Of a DNA stretch of 64,000 nt, positions 1 through 13,900 are shown one piece after another. A model generated the notes under the pieces. That model did no database searches. It was not told the DNA's origin and worked only from the letters and a program-made list of their open reading frames with translations. Numbering within the stretch: position 1 is the first letter of the stretch; the number at the start of each line of letters is the position of its first letter. The stretch spans positions 1 through 64,000 of the forward strand of contig DF237095.1 of NCBI GenBank assembly GCA_000708835.1. Direction: 5' to 3'. Origin of the DNA: Klebsormidium nitens. Taxonomy: Eukaryota > Plantae > Klebsormidiophyceae. The position numbers and the translations under genes were made by a program.

Positions 1-1919
1 AGTGTGCAGAGATCCAGAAAAGGCTGGACGAAGTCACGGCTCTGTTGCATGACGCCTTCCATATGGAGCAAGAGAAGATGCTTTTGCCTGGGGGCACGTA
101 TTTGGTAGGAAAGGTGTACATCGGACAACAGGCGAGTGTCACACGCTTGTTTGACTTAGAGACACTGAGTGCTCGGAAATAAGTTAGCTGGGTCCGCAAG
201 TTGTTGTGCTTTGGAAAAGGTCGAAGCCCAGACTTTTCTTGCTTTCAGTTTCAGTCCTTGTGAGCAAGAACGGAAATGTCCGAACATCGAAGTCAATCAA
301 CAACCTTGGAAATCTAGGCTGCTGCTTTTCCATCCAAATGAAAGAACCAGTCTTGAGACGGATGCATCCTTCAATCGAAGGATGAGATGAGAGGGCCTTG
401 GTTAAAACAGAGCTTCTCACCTTCCACAACCCAATCAACCTACACTTTCCGAGTGGCGTTTGAAAGTTGGCGACTCAATACTGATTGGCTGCCCTCTGTT
501 CTGCAGAGCAACGCTGCAAGGGTGTATCCCGCAAAGGATCCTCCGACCCTAGGGTCCTTGGTCCTGTTGGAGGGCCTCCTGCGCATTGTCCTTGGTGATC
601 GTGCTCTCAGAAAAGTGTAACCGAAGTGAAAAGGTTGATCGAGAGCAATAAGAGACAGGTCAAGGCAGCTATGGAAGAAGTGTGGCAGAGTCACCGAACC
701 GCTGGGATGACCGCACGCTTGGCAATGGCCGGCAACAACTTCAGTCAGCCCAAAAGGAGGTTCAAAATTCTAGGCCATCCTAATGATCAGAGAGTGCGCG
801 CTGAATGAGAATCAACAACCGTTGTCTACCACAATCACCTCGATACCTGCGTTGGTTCTGTTCTTGATAAGTTCGCATACCCGTGTTGCAATGATGCACC
901 AGGATTCATAGCCACCGGCGTGGGCTAGTCTAGATGCACGTACAACGACACGCACAGGCCGTGGCAGCTGCATTCTAGATGCCTGGCACTTAGCGCGGCG
1001 GCCGGCACGCGTACAATCACCAACCGTCAACTTAAATTTATGCCACTTAGGAGGCAATATAGCTAGCTGTGGTGACGCACCGGCCTGCAGGCTCATGACC
1101 CGATTGATTGCAGGTTGGAGCGTATCATACCTCATGGCGGCTAAGACCGTCCCTATACACTGAGCAACAGATTGCTGTCGAGGAGTATATTCGACCGGAG
1201 CCCAGCTGGCATGGACCGGTCAGTGCGGGATGGGCCGGGCTGCACAAAGCGTGCCATGCGTAAGTACTAATGATGAGAGTGTATAACGACTGCGCAAATT
1301 CGTCCTGTACCGTCGCGATCGCAGATCCATGGGCCTATGCATCCTATATGGTTCCACTCTGGTATCCAGCTGCAAGCACTGGCATAAGTTGCTAGCCATG
1401 CTGTATATAGCACGGTCAAAACATACATGCGCTCTATGTTCGTATTCGAGCGCGGGTATCATCCACATATGGTCTTTTACAACTGGCGGCCCATGCACTC
1501 ATAGGGATATCCTAACTGATATAACCCGAGGGTTAAGGCAAAATTGCCATGGCATACCGGTACTATGATATGCGTGCTAGTTGCGAATGCAGGGTAACTC
1601 GAGCTACACGTTACTAACCGCAAATACTGCATGACACTAAACACACGCGTGTCGTTATACCGTGTTACTTAGGCAGCGGCCCCAACCCAAGGTGCGCATG
1701 TATCGGTCTCTATGTTCTGCTTGCAAGCGCTCCTCTTCCTTAAACATGTCTAGATCGGATGCCGTGGATCCCAATTTGAAAGGCATGCGTGCTGGTAAAA
1801 GTAGGTACTGTTGTCCATGATCTAGTGGAAACTGGCCAGTTTTGATTTAAAATACCTCGTACATGAGAGCGATATCCACTGTGTACTCGAAAGCAAAGCA
1901 GTGCAGCAGACTCCTCCTT

Positions 1920-4900
1920 TTAACGTTCATATATAATCCGATGCATCGGTGTAGAAGGCGTCCTCATCTTCATGTTTGGACTGCCACTATTTCCTTTGCG
2001 CCCAACAGCCTCGGAAGCTGCCCTGCTCTCAGCTGACAGCCAATCGCTCCCCTCCTTTGACCGCTCTCGCGAGGTTGACTTACTGGGCGGCAAAGCCATC
2101 GATGCCCGCAGCTTGTCCGTTACCGTCTTCAGGGATGGCGACCGCGCCTGCTGTTGTCTGGGCTGGTGGTCGCCCAAAGGCACCACCGGCGCTGGCCTCC
2201 GGAGAAACTCCCCGGACGTCCGCAAGAACTCCTGTGACGCCCGGAGGACGTCGCTAGCCTTTTTTGCGGACGATTGGGGCCGGACGGTAGATGACAAAGG
2301 CGCGGGCGTCGATGCGCGGAAGTCGGTGTTCAGCGTAAAGTTGCTGGCAGAAGGGCCTCCAAGCGAAAAGCGGTGCGATGTTTGGAGAGGCGTCGAAGCT
2401 TCGCTCGGAGATGGAGTGGGCGGAGCAAGAGCTCCGTTGCGGATGTCGAATTGCAGCCTGGATGGAGCGTAGCTGGTATGGGTTCTGATAATCAAAGCTT
2501 GGACTTCCTCGAGAAGACGGAGCAACATTTGTCTTCATTGAGGACTCTCGGGAGGGCGCTGCAAGCTTAGGAAGATCTGAAACTAAAGTACTGAATGCAC
2601 TCAAGTCGAAATTGACTCAGTCCGATGGTGACATCCTTAGATTTTGCGTAGCTGAATTCCCGTCTGCCCAACTGTTGCTTGCCGCTTCGCATCAACTTGT
2701 CACGCACCGGCCCCTTTTCACACCTTGACGGCAAGTCATCACCTGGCGCCAGCCGTAGGATTTGCGGCCTTACAGTGGGCGTCGGGAGAAGAGAGGCGCC
2801 AATCGCAAAGTCGCTCCTCTTCAAGCAAAATGGCCTGAGCCCAATTTAAACCTTAGACGTTCCGCCGAGCCCCCGTAGAAAGAATAACTAAAGTGGCGCC
2901 TCAAGTAACTAGCAATACAAACACCAGAGCGGAGGTCCTCCGAAATTGAGCCTCAAGCAACGCGGCGAAGCCCCTTCATAATGCAACTAGAGCGGCGTGA
3001 CGAGCGGCCTCACTTCTGGTAGCGCATGTTGACCTCGTAGAACGCGGTGGTAACCATCTGCTGCTCGCGCGCCGCCATCTCGCCCGCCTCCCGCCGCAGC
3101 TTCTCCGCCGTCTCTAGTTGCTGCTGCAGCGCGGCGTTTTCGTTCTTGAGCAGCGTCAGGTCGATGGCGGCCGCGCAGGACATGCGGCCTTCCACGTCCT
3201 TCAACCGCTGCTCTGCCGCGGAGAGGGCCTGGAAGAGAAAAGAGGGGCGAAGGTTTAGAATGAAGACCCTAAAATCCTATAATCCTAAAACTAGCATTGT
3301 CAATAGGGTTTGCTGTGCTGCCTTACGTGCGGAACCGAAAGACGTAGAAACTGAAATGGTGACACAGAACTGGCGGCCCTCCACGTCCTTCAACCGCTGC
3401 TCCGCTACAGAGAGGGCCTGAAGAAACAAAAAAGGGGGGGGAGTAAGCTCGTAGCGACGTAGTCTGGGTTTGCATTGCTGCTTTCGTTTTTAAGTGAAAG
3501 GATAGAATCTGACGGTCGTCCACGCCACGCCCTTGTGCTGAGGAAAGGCCCTGAGAAAGGAAGAAAGGGGGGCGCAAGCATATAAATTACGTGACATGGT
3601 TTGAGTCTGCTCTTCTGCCTACAGAGGTAAATTGAACGCGTGGAGTATGACGGCCTTCCACGTCTTTCAGTCGCTGTTCCGCTGCGGAGAGGGCCTGGAA
3701 ATGAAAAATAGGGGCGAAGGTTTGGGACTTCAGCGTTGTCAGGTGGGTTTGCTGTGGAATTCTGAAAGGCGTAGAAAACGAGATAGTCACACGGGACTGG
3801 CGACCGGATTGCGACCTTCCGCAACCATCAACCGCTGCTCTATCGCGGAAACTGGCGGAAAGACGAAACGGGGAGGAGAAGGTTCAGACACTCAGCAACG
3901 TCATTGTAATGTTCGCGGTGCTGCCTCCAGTGGCGAAATAAAGGGAGGGGAGTATGAAATGGTTAAATACTTTATAAACTCTGTACCTGGCAAGAGGTGA
4001 GAACGTTCTGAGTCGGTTTTAGATGACTTGTGGCAAGTGTGTTAAGCCGATCCTGCTCGAACTAGGAAGCAGTACCTTTGAAACAGAACTATTGACGTGG
4101 ATGGCCAGCAGAGCTTTGTACTGCGCCAAACAAAGTAGGTCTCTCTCTCCCTTCCTGGCTATACAGATGTCCAAAGCAGAGTGCGGCAAAGACGGATAGG
4201 AGAGCCGGGTCGACGCCAGCAACTTTGATGGACCTCAACGCAACCTCTTGCGCAACAGATGTGATCGGTTGGTCGAGGACCCACCTTCTGCTTCTCGTCC
4301 AGATCGGCCCGCAGTTTCTCAATATAGCCGCTGATCGAGGCCAGTAGCGACGTGCTGTTGCGGCCTTCATCTGCTGATTGCTCCATCTCTTCGGCCGCAA
4401 CTAGAGCGGCACCATCAGCCTGCACCAATGATAGACGATTTGCTAAGCATCTTATGCGTTTAACCTGATACAAAGGCCAAATGTTGAACGCCGCATCGGT
4501 CGAGGGGACACATTGAGACGTCAAAGCGCCGCAGATTCCGTGCGCGCCTGCACTTGGACATAATCTGTTTGACCGGCTCAAATCAGATAGACGATCGCTT
4601 GGAAGGTGGAAGCAAGCCATAACCTCCTGAACGGGAGCCTCGTAGCTGGATTTTGACCGAAACGAGGAGCTACGGAGGGCTTACAGAGGCATGCAAAAGC
4701 AGACTGAAGGCGCGTAAGCGCAGATTGAGTTTTGGGCGTGTTACCTCGTCCGCCGTCGCCGTGTCCTCTAGCAGGGCTGCGGCTCGATTAGGCGACCAGG
4801 GGGCAAGCTCTTGACTGTTAGAGGGGGGCAGCGAAGCGAGAGCGGCCGCCAGTTGACTGTGAATGGCGTCCAGCTGGAAGCAAGAAAAGGACAGGGTTGA

Positions 4901-7900
4901 ACAAAAGAGCAGGCTTGAGTGTCTAAGGAAAAGGCCTGAACGATTGAGTGGTTGAAAGGACGATTAGACAAGAAGCATGTAAGTGTAGAACAAGCAGTAC
5001 AGCAGAGATGTTGGGGCCAATTCATCCGCATGCAACGAAAAGCACTTGTACTTGAGGGCAGTGTTGACGAGTAGTATACGAAGAGCACGCTTTCAAAAAG
5101 GACGCCTTGATGCAATTGAAGACAACTTCTCCTTCGTCAGCGTTACGCGCCACTTCCGTGCTTTTGGGACGGATTCTACGCTCACCTCGCTCTGTAGAAC
5201 TAGAGCGGCGATCCTGTGCTTCTCCCCCGTCTCTTTCTCTCTGTCAGCGGTCCCCTGAAGCGCCTGCAACCGTTGGGCCATTTCTCGTAACTCTTCCCGC
5301 AGGCCGTCGGCCTCGTCGGACCGGGCACGGAGCTCAGTCCGAGACGCGTCCAGCGCAGCGACCACCTGCGCAGTACAAGAATCCTGTTATTGGGCAGCAG
5401 AGGGGCCGATCTGCTTAGTAACTGGACCTTTTTTACGCCCTGCAAAAGCTGACTTGATGAGAGCCGGGAGGTACAGCGACCAAGGGAGAAGGGAGAAAAC
5501 TGATGTAGCGTTGCAGGACTACCTGCGCAGACACAAATGCTGGCAGTCCGCTTGTGAAGCATTCGCGCAGTGCTTTCTCAGTGCCTGGACAGACGCTTGT
5601 ACCATCTTGCTGCTTCGCCTGCGAGAACAACGAGATTCACTTTCCTCGCAAGGGAAGTTATCACATCTCACATCGATCGCAAATGATGAAGCATTGAATG
5701 ATTTCACCGGCTTCCCACCTGCTCCATCTCGGCCGTTGCCCTTCCTAGATCCTCGCTGAAGTCCCCCCGCAGCCGATCATATTCAGACTGCACCGCTCGC
5801 AGCGCAGCCGCCCCTTCCTCCCCAACTTTCTTAACCTCCGCCCGCAAACCCTCCGCGATCTTCGACGCTTCCGCCAATTGGCCCTTGACAGCTGTCATCT
5901 CCTCAAGCGTTGCCCGCAACTCTTCCGCTTTCTTCTCCACCTCATCGGTAAGCGCGTCCCGTTCCTTGGCAAGCGCTTCCCGCTCCTCGATAGCGCCTCT
6001 CAAATCGCACTCCAACCGGCCCATGTCCTCTTCGCTCTTCTCGAGGCGTGCCTCCCATTCGGCTGTTGCCGCCCAGTGCTCCTCCAAAACTTTCTCCGAC
6101 GCCGCGCGGGCCTCTGCAGCCGTCCGTTCGCAAGTCGCCTCCAGCTCCCGCACCGCCTCGCGACCCCGCTCTAGTTCCTGAGTCACCCCCAGCATCTCTT
6201 CCCTCGCCCCCTCTAGTTGCCGACTTACTTCCTCGCACGCCGCATCCTTCTGTGCGAGGGCGTACCGGACCGTCTCCAACTCAACGCAAAGCGCCGCAGT
6301 CTCGTCTTTCCTAGTCTCCGCTTCCGTCCGCACACTTTCCAGCTCTGTCTGTACAGCATTCAACTCCGCTTTTATTTTCTGCAGCTTTTCAGTTTTCACG
6401 CTCAGTAATGTCTCCAGCTGCTCAAACGCGCTGACCTTCTTTTCCAGCGCAGCCCGCAGCTCCACCGCCTCTTCCTCCTGCCGCTGGAGCCGACTATTTA
6501 GCTCGCCCGCAATCTTGACCGCTGACTGGAGGCGCTCTTCCGCATCCTGCGCTTCTTGGTGGGCGAGTCCCAGCGTGTGCTTCAGAGAGGTGACCTCAGC
6601 ACGCGCCTGCCGGGCATCCGTTTGCGCCGCTGCTAGTTGCTCCGACAGGTTCTCGTATTCTTGCTGCTCGCTCGAGAGCTGGCTGCGGGCGTGGCTCAAC
6701 TCGCGGCGCACCTGCACATGAATCAAAACGGCCTTTCGCAATGCACCTCCAAAATGCAAATCTGCTTCGCTACACACAGTCTGCCTGATTTGCGCCTTTG
6801 AATATAAGATCACACAGAATTGACTGGACTTCCTTTCACGCACAGATTTGTTGTGCACAGTTCAAACATACGTCGATCAGGGGGCCACTCTTTTCCTCCG
6901 ACAATCCTCTTCTTAAAGCACACAGGGAGTACACAATGTCTCCCTCGCTCTTGCTAAGCCTCACGCTCTCTACACACTGCTCCCAAGGACAGGCGAAAGT
7001 ACTGCATTCGGACCCGCAGTGGTCAGAACAGATCACCCTTCTCCAAGCATTTCATGGTCAGATCAGCAGACCCACCTGTGCCTCCTCCACTTTCGCCTGG
7101 TCCAAATCCAGCTTCGCCTCGTCCGCCTCCTGCCGCGCCGCCGCGCATCTCCTCGCCCATTCCGTCGCCGCTTTCTGCGCCGTCTCTGCTTCCTCCGTCC
7201 TCTCTTTTGCCTCTTCCACCGCCCGGTCCCTTTCGGACGTGCGATCCGCCAGCTCCCGCTTCAACTTGTCCGCAGCCCTCTCGAGCGTCCGTGCCTGCTC
7301 CTGAGCCCGCTCTAGTTCCTGTTGGAGTGTGTCCGAAAAGAGCTTCCCCTGCTTGACGGCTGCTTCTAGAGACCCGAGTCTCGTCTCCGCCTCCTGGGCT
7401 TCCGCCGACAGCCTCGCCACGTCCGCCTGCCGCGACCGGAGCTCCGTTTCGAGGCGCGCTGCTTCCTCCGTTTTGCTTCGAAGACTCTCTTTCGCGGATG
7501 CCAGCTGCTCTTCGTTGGACGACAAGGCCTCTTGGAGAGTTTTGATGTCGACGGACTGCCGCTCTAACCGGCCGCGGAATCCGTCCAACTCCTCGCCCTT
7601 CCGCTGCAGCGTCACTTGGGCTCCGCTCAGCTCCCGCTCGAGGCCCTGTACGCGGGCGTTCTTCTCCAAAGTGCTGGTTTCGAGGGCCGACTTTGCCGCG
7701 AGCAGGGCCTCCCGTTCCGCTCTCAGCGCCTCCGCAGATGCGTCCATCTCTTCGAGGAGGGTCTTGACGTCTTCCAGGTTGGCCTCCATCTCGGTGACGA
7801 GCTGGTCCTTCTCAGCGAGCAGCGCATCCTGAAAAAACAGAGATTGGTGAGAACGATCGTAAAACGGAAAAGTACTGTAGGCAGCGATCGGCGAGTCCGC

Positions 7901-10900
7901 CTAGTACGATCGGCAATGATCGAATACCGAACGCCACGTACGGTGTTTGATGAGCGGGCGCCCAGACTTCCTTTTTCGTCATCCTTCTTCTGTTCATAAT
8001 CAGAAGAGTTCGTTTGCTGCTGGGGTTCATTGCCCGCCAGAAGTCTTGCTTCTACAAGTGGGTAAACAGGGCAACGGAAAAGGCCTATGGAGAGAAACTT
8101 CTTACGGCCAACAAAGCACAAGGAGCGCGCTTCCGCCTCACCTTGTCGGTCACAGCCGCCCTGCTATCCTCCAGCAGATTCGCCAGCTCAGCATTGCTGG
8201 CGACGAGCGCCTCGTTTTCGCTCTGGCTCTCCTTGAGCGACTCTTCAAGCTCGTTTTGCTTCTGCTCGTAGGCTCTTTCCTGGGAGCGCGAGTGAGCCTC
8301 CAAGTCAAACAGCTCGTGGGTCTTCACCTCGAGCTGGCCTTCCATGTCGACGACCTGACAGGGGAGGAGCGGTACATTGATTAGAGCGGACAGCTCTACC
8401 TTGGAAAACAGGGGGAAAATGCTGCATGGATTGTTAGTGTACGCCGGACTTTCATTTTGAGATCACCGGGACTGCGGAGAACAGATAAGAGACCTACCGC
8501 GGAAAACAAGGAATCAACACTTTTCAATGAGATCAAAGATCACTGAGAGAGAGGGCTTTGCGTTTGGAATGTTGGAATCGAAATTCTTCATGTATCAAAC
8601 CGTCCGTCCCTCTTGGGCCCTCGTACTTCTAGGAGCAAATCGTTAGGACGCAGTACCAAGGGAAGCAGACAAAGGCACCTTTCCAGATTTCAGACTGTGT
8701 CTACTGCATTAGCTAAGAAACTCCCCGGGTGTCCGCACCTTCAAGCGGATCAGCCGCATCTCCTCCTCGTTCTTGGAGTTGATCTCATTCAGCGCCCCCA
8801 CCATCCGCGAGAACTGCTCCAACTCATGCTCCATCTTCTCGATGCTGACGTCCCGCTCGTGCACCGTCACGTCCCGGGCCCCCAGCGCTGACGTCATCTC
8901 CGTGATCTGCACCTGCGCCGCTTCCAGCGCAGCCTCAGTTGCGCCCAGTTTCGCTCTAAGCTGGTCGCCCTTCCCGTTGGCCTCCTCCAACGATTCTTCC
9001 AGCATTGTAATCTTTGAGTCCTTCTCCTGAGACCGAGAAACTTCCGCCGCTAGTTCTTCCGCGAGCCTCTCCCCTTCCCCAACGCTGGCCGCCACCTCGG
9101 CCCCCAGCCGTTCCACCTCGGCCTGCGAGGCCGCAACTTTCTCCCGCTCTAGTTCCATCCGCTCCACCTGCCGCGTCAGCTCGCCCGTCAACCTGCCAAT
9201 GCGCGCCTCGCGTTCGCGCACCTCCTCCTCCGCAGCCTCAAGCTCTCGAGCAAGCACGTCCTTTTGTGCACAACTCTCCGCCAGGTCGACCCGCAGTTTC
9301 TGCGCCGTCTCACTCATCTCCACTAGCTGGCGGTTCCGCTGCTGGCCCTCGGTAACTGCGCGCTCCAACCCCGCCTGCAGTTCCGAAATGTACTTCTGGC
9401 CCTCGGTCCGTTTCCGCTCGCTCTCCTCGAGCTTGCCTTCCAATTCCGCCACCCGCACCAACCGAGCAGCGGATTCCGCCCTGCTTCCGTCCAAGTCTCT
9501 TTGCAAGGAGGAGAGGCGCTCCTCCAACGCCGCCCCTTCGGCCTCAGCGACACCTAACGCCGCCTCTAGTTCCTTGTGCATTCGTTTCTCCGTTTCGAGC
9601 TCTGCAACTAGGCTGCTAATCCCTTCTCGAGTGGACCTCAGGTGACCACCCAAGTTCGACACGCTGTTTTCTAGACTGGCTACATGCTTTCTGCTGCGGT
9701 CCAACTCAGCGCTAGTATCTGCGAGCTCCGCTGCTGTTTCTTCCAACTCAGCCTGTATTTCTCGCAGGCGGGCCTCGGTCTCCGTCAACTCCCTTTCCAA
9801 GGCCGCTTTGTCGCCGGTCAAATCCGCTCCAAACTGTTCGGAACGAGCCAGCTCCGCAGCAAGTCTTAGGACTTCCTCCTCCACATTCCCCAGTCGTCGC
9901 TCAAGCCCCTCCTTTTCTGCTCGAAGCGACGCCCCCTCCTCAGTCGACACCCTCAACCGCTGGCTTTCAGAATTCAGGGCCTGAGCCAACTGGTGGTTCC
10001 GCTCGTTCAGCTGGCCAACCTCGGCCTGCAGGGCAGCCACTGACGCGCTGCCACGTGTCACCTCCTGACGGGTCGCCTTCAGTTCCCCCTGGACGCCCTG
10101 CATCTCGCGCTCGGCGTCCACCAGCTGCCGTTCCCGCCGTCCGAGCATCTCCCGCAACGCAGACTCTTGCTCCGATACCTCCTCTAGTTGCACCCTCACA
10201 GCGACCGCTGCAATCCGCTCCTTTTCCAACGCCTCTTCCAGCTTCTCACACTGGGAGGCAAGATCCGTGCTGCGAGTCTGCTCCGCTGCCAGGCCAGACT
10301 GAAGCTTCTCTAGCGCAGTCTTCGTCCCCTGCAACTCCTGGCAGGTTTCCTCAAGCGCGGCGCTTAGAGCGCCGACCTGTGCCCCCAGACGCTGGGCTTC
10401 TTGATCCCGCTCCCGGAGTTCGCCTCCTAACCGTCCGATCTCGCCAACCTTCTCTTCCAGTTCCCGCATCTTCGCCCGCAGCTCTTCTTCCCTCGTTCCA
10501 ATCGTTGCCCTGCTGCTCACCAGCAAACCTTCCAATTGGTCCTCGACAGTCTCCAGTTCCTTCTTCAACGCTGTGATCGCCGTACTCTTCTCCACCCCCT
10601 CGCGTCGCTCCTCCTCGAGCCGCCCCTCCAGCTGCGCAGCCCGCGTGCGCGCCTCGATGACGTCGCGCGTCGCCTGACCGATCTCCTGCGTCGCCTCCTC
10701 GAACAGCGCTTTCGTCCGCACAAGCGTCTCGTTCAGCCGCGCCGCTTCTTCCTTCATCCCCTCCAGCTCGCTCTCGGCCTCCTCTTTCTCGGTCCGCAGG
10801 CCCCACAGCTCCTCTTTCATCTCGTCCCCTTCCCTAACCTTCGCCGTCAAGTCCCTCCGGAGCGCAATCATCGCCTGCTGCAGCCTCTCCCCCTCCTCTC

Positions 10901-13900
10901 TCAATTGCTCCACCTCAGAAACCAATTCCGCCTCCTTCCGTCCCGCTTCCGACTCCACTCTCGCGTGCTGCGCCTTGAGACTGTCCCACTCCGCCCGCAA
11001 GCTCGTCAGTTCCTTTCTCGACCTTTCGCCCTCCTCGGCGATCCCCTCCGCCTCCCGAACCAGTTGCGCTTTCTCTGCGGCCACTGCTTCCATGGTCCGA
11101 GTGAAGCCGGCGAGCTCCTCGTCGAGAGTCTGCTGCACGCGGACGCGAGTCGCGTGCTCTCGGGATGCGTCGCTGACGGCGTTCTGCAGCTCGTCCGACA
11201 GCCTGAAGACGACGAGCGCAATGGTCAGAAAAAGAAGTGAAGGTTTTGAAGCTGGGGCGTTCGAGGAAGTTTCTTTCAAATCTTTAAACAGCAGCAGGGC
11301 GAAAGTGTACAGAGGTGTGAAGACACGATGGACAAACGTCGAACGACTAAGAAAGTCTAAACTTGCAGCACCCCATCCTTCCCAGCGGTTTCTATGTCCT
11401 CTCCTGATTTTGCTATAATTCCTCATTCTCGAATTGACGTAGGCCCCTCCAATTTGCCAGGAGATGTGCGCTCGCGGTCATCCCTGTCTTTCTCTAACAG
11501 CAGCAGAAGTATCCGCCCTGACTCACCGAGCCTTCTCAACGTTTGCTTTCTCCAGCTCCTCTTTGAGCTCCTCGCACCGCTCCTTGCCGGCCCTGACACT
11601 GGCCTCCGCAGCCGCCTTAGCGACTTCAGCGGTCATGGCCCTCTCATTCCAGCGCTCTTTCTCACGCAGCATGCTGTTAATCTCCAGCATTCGCTCGTTT
11701 GCATCACTGCGCAGCCGGTCGCTCTCACTGCGCAGCCGCTCAATCTCCTCCTGGATTGAGCAGGGGTTGGATTGTCAGCGATCTCAGCTGATGGCAGAAA
11801 CACAGGCTCAAAGACAGAGAAAAGATCACTCAACAGAATGAGCACTTCTTGCTTCGACGATACAAACCTAGATATCACTTAGAAAATTGAGACTGGATCC
11901 TTGTCAACTGTTCCAAAGACGCAGGTGTGGAGAATACAAGTATCACAGTTGATGCCCCCAAGCTTCAGAAGCTGAGGCAATCCGGAAGAAGGCGGCAAAA
12001 CTCTTTGCTTCACTCTTACCATGAGTCGTGTCTCTCTTTCACCCCGGCCTTCTGCGCCCAACAGCAGTCGCTCCCGTAAGACAAGGATCTCTGCCCCCAG
12101 CCGCAGCTCTTCTGCTTTCCCCAGCTCTACCATGCCCTTGAGGCGGCTGTTCTCCGCTTCCAGATTGTCCCGCAGCGAAAGCTGCGCTGATTCGGCATCA
12201 TAAAGCTGGGCCTGCAAGGCAGGAGAGGAGATTACGCCCAATTTGATTTCGAGCGTCCTACCTTTACTGCCAATTCAAAGCCTACTACAAGTAGCTCAAC
12301 CACAAACGACACAAATTCAACGTTTGTGGAACTGTAGTGGTCTTGGCTCCAACGGCACCCTAAGCTTGCCTGTCATCAGAGTTGGTTCACAAAAGCGCGA
12401 CGCAAAGTGCATCAGAGTGGGTCAAAGGATGGAGGCAGAAAGACTCTCACCTGCAAACGGTCCTTCTCGTTCAAAGCATTCTGAAGCTTCGACTGCAAAC
12501 CGGAAAATGCGTCTCTCAGATTCTCGTGCTCATGTGCGCTTTTCGCCTGATCCTCCTGTAACTCTCTGTTGCACTGTTGAAGCTCCTGGACTTCAGCCGC
12601 CCTTGCTTCCAGCTTCAGCCACAGGGCCGCCATTTGCGCCTCCTTGCTTTTCGTGGCTTCCAGGAGAGAGGCCTTCTCAGCCTTCAGAGTAACGAAAACA
12701 GATGTTATGCAGTTCATAAAAAGGCAACAGGTTATGTAATGATGACTGCGAGTCAAAGAATGGAAGCGAATGATGATGCAAAACTAAAGGTGCGCAAATT
12801 GGATCTTTTCTGCTTCAATGAGAAAAATTCACTGTGGTGAGAGCACCTCACCTGCAGACTAGAGCTCTGTTCCTGAGCCATACTCAGTTGCTCCCTGACC
12901 CGGGCCTGTTCATATGGGTCCACCGATGTCTGTACATCCAACAAGGGGATTGGTAAGCTTCAGCACTTTGGGATTAGTCAGCTGGGTAGCCAAAGATAAT
13001 CTGCCACAGCACCAGAGAAGCTACCTCCAAGTTTGCTCACAGCAAACCTTTTTGCGGACTCTCCGCAAAGTCTGCCTTCCGGACCGCACAAAAGGTCTCG
13101 CCTTTTTGACTTTGGAGCTTACCCAGTGCACAGGGCCTTCTCCTGCTTCCTTCAGAACTTCCTCGTAAGCTCGGTACAATCTCAACACCGTTCTCTGCTT
13201 GACAAAAGGAGAGCGCCTGTCAGATGGATAAAATCATTCCCTTGGATGAAGTGCAAACTGAGGCACCACGGTACAGGAACACAGCAACACTGCAGTCTAG
13301 CAGAGTTCTTGAGCAAGCACCTGGAAAAGAACATCTTCTAAATGCAGACTGACCTGAGAGGTTCGCTTAAGAGCGAGAACGCCATCAAGATATTGTCCCT
13401 TCTTGGGCCCTGTGAGGGCAGCAAACAATAGCTGCAAAAAAGGACTGGAGTCAGGGCCGGCAAGCAGGCATAGGAGGGGACAGCAGACATGCCTCTATCC
13501 AGACAATACGTAACATTTGCAACATCTGGTTGAACATTGATTACATAGGAGAGCCACAGTCTCCGAAATACGGATCCTTTCAGCTCGTGACTTTTATGCG
13601 ATCCTTACCCTCTGCACAAGCCTGAGCAAGGCGCTGTAGTCGCCTGCGGCTGCAGCTTCAACGTCAGGACCTACTGCAGCAGCCTCTGTTGGGGCGTGCA
13701 ACTCCTACACAGTGCAAGCACCCGCATCAGGCTGTTGACGCAAGGGTGCAGTGACATGCCAATCATCCTTGGATAGTGTATTCCCCGTCTGCTCATGCTA
13801 TATCATAAAGGCACTGCCTTTGTTACTAGAAAGGGACCTGTTAGCACCCGCAGTGACATGTTGGACACAAGATCACTGCAGCTCAAGGAGCCATGAGAGT

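Noticed and set aside
1-810. Protein-like fragments on the plus strand (CAEIQKRLDEVTALLHD..., YTFRVAFESW..., QVKAAMEEVWQSH...)
   Set aside because: Interrupted by several stops and shifts, with no recognisable family or consistent splice model. Possibly a decayed gene or TE, but this cannot be supported.
5878-11418. Many long plus-strand and alternative-frame ORFs over the coiled-coil exons (e.g. 10536-11240, 10055-10576)
   Set aside because: Shadow ORFs caused by GC-rich, stop-poor antisense frames of the real minus-strand gene.
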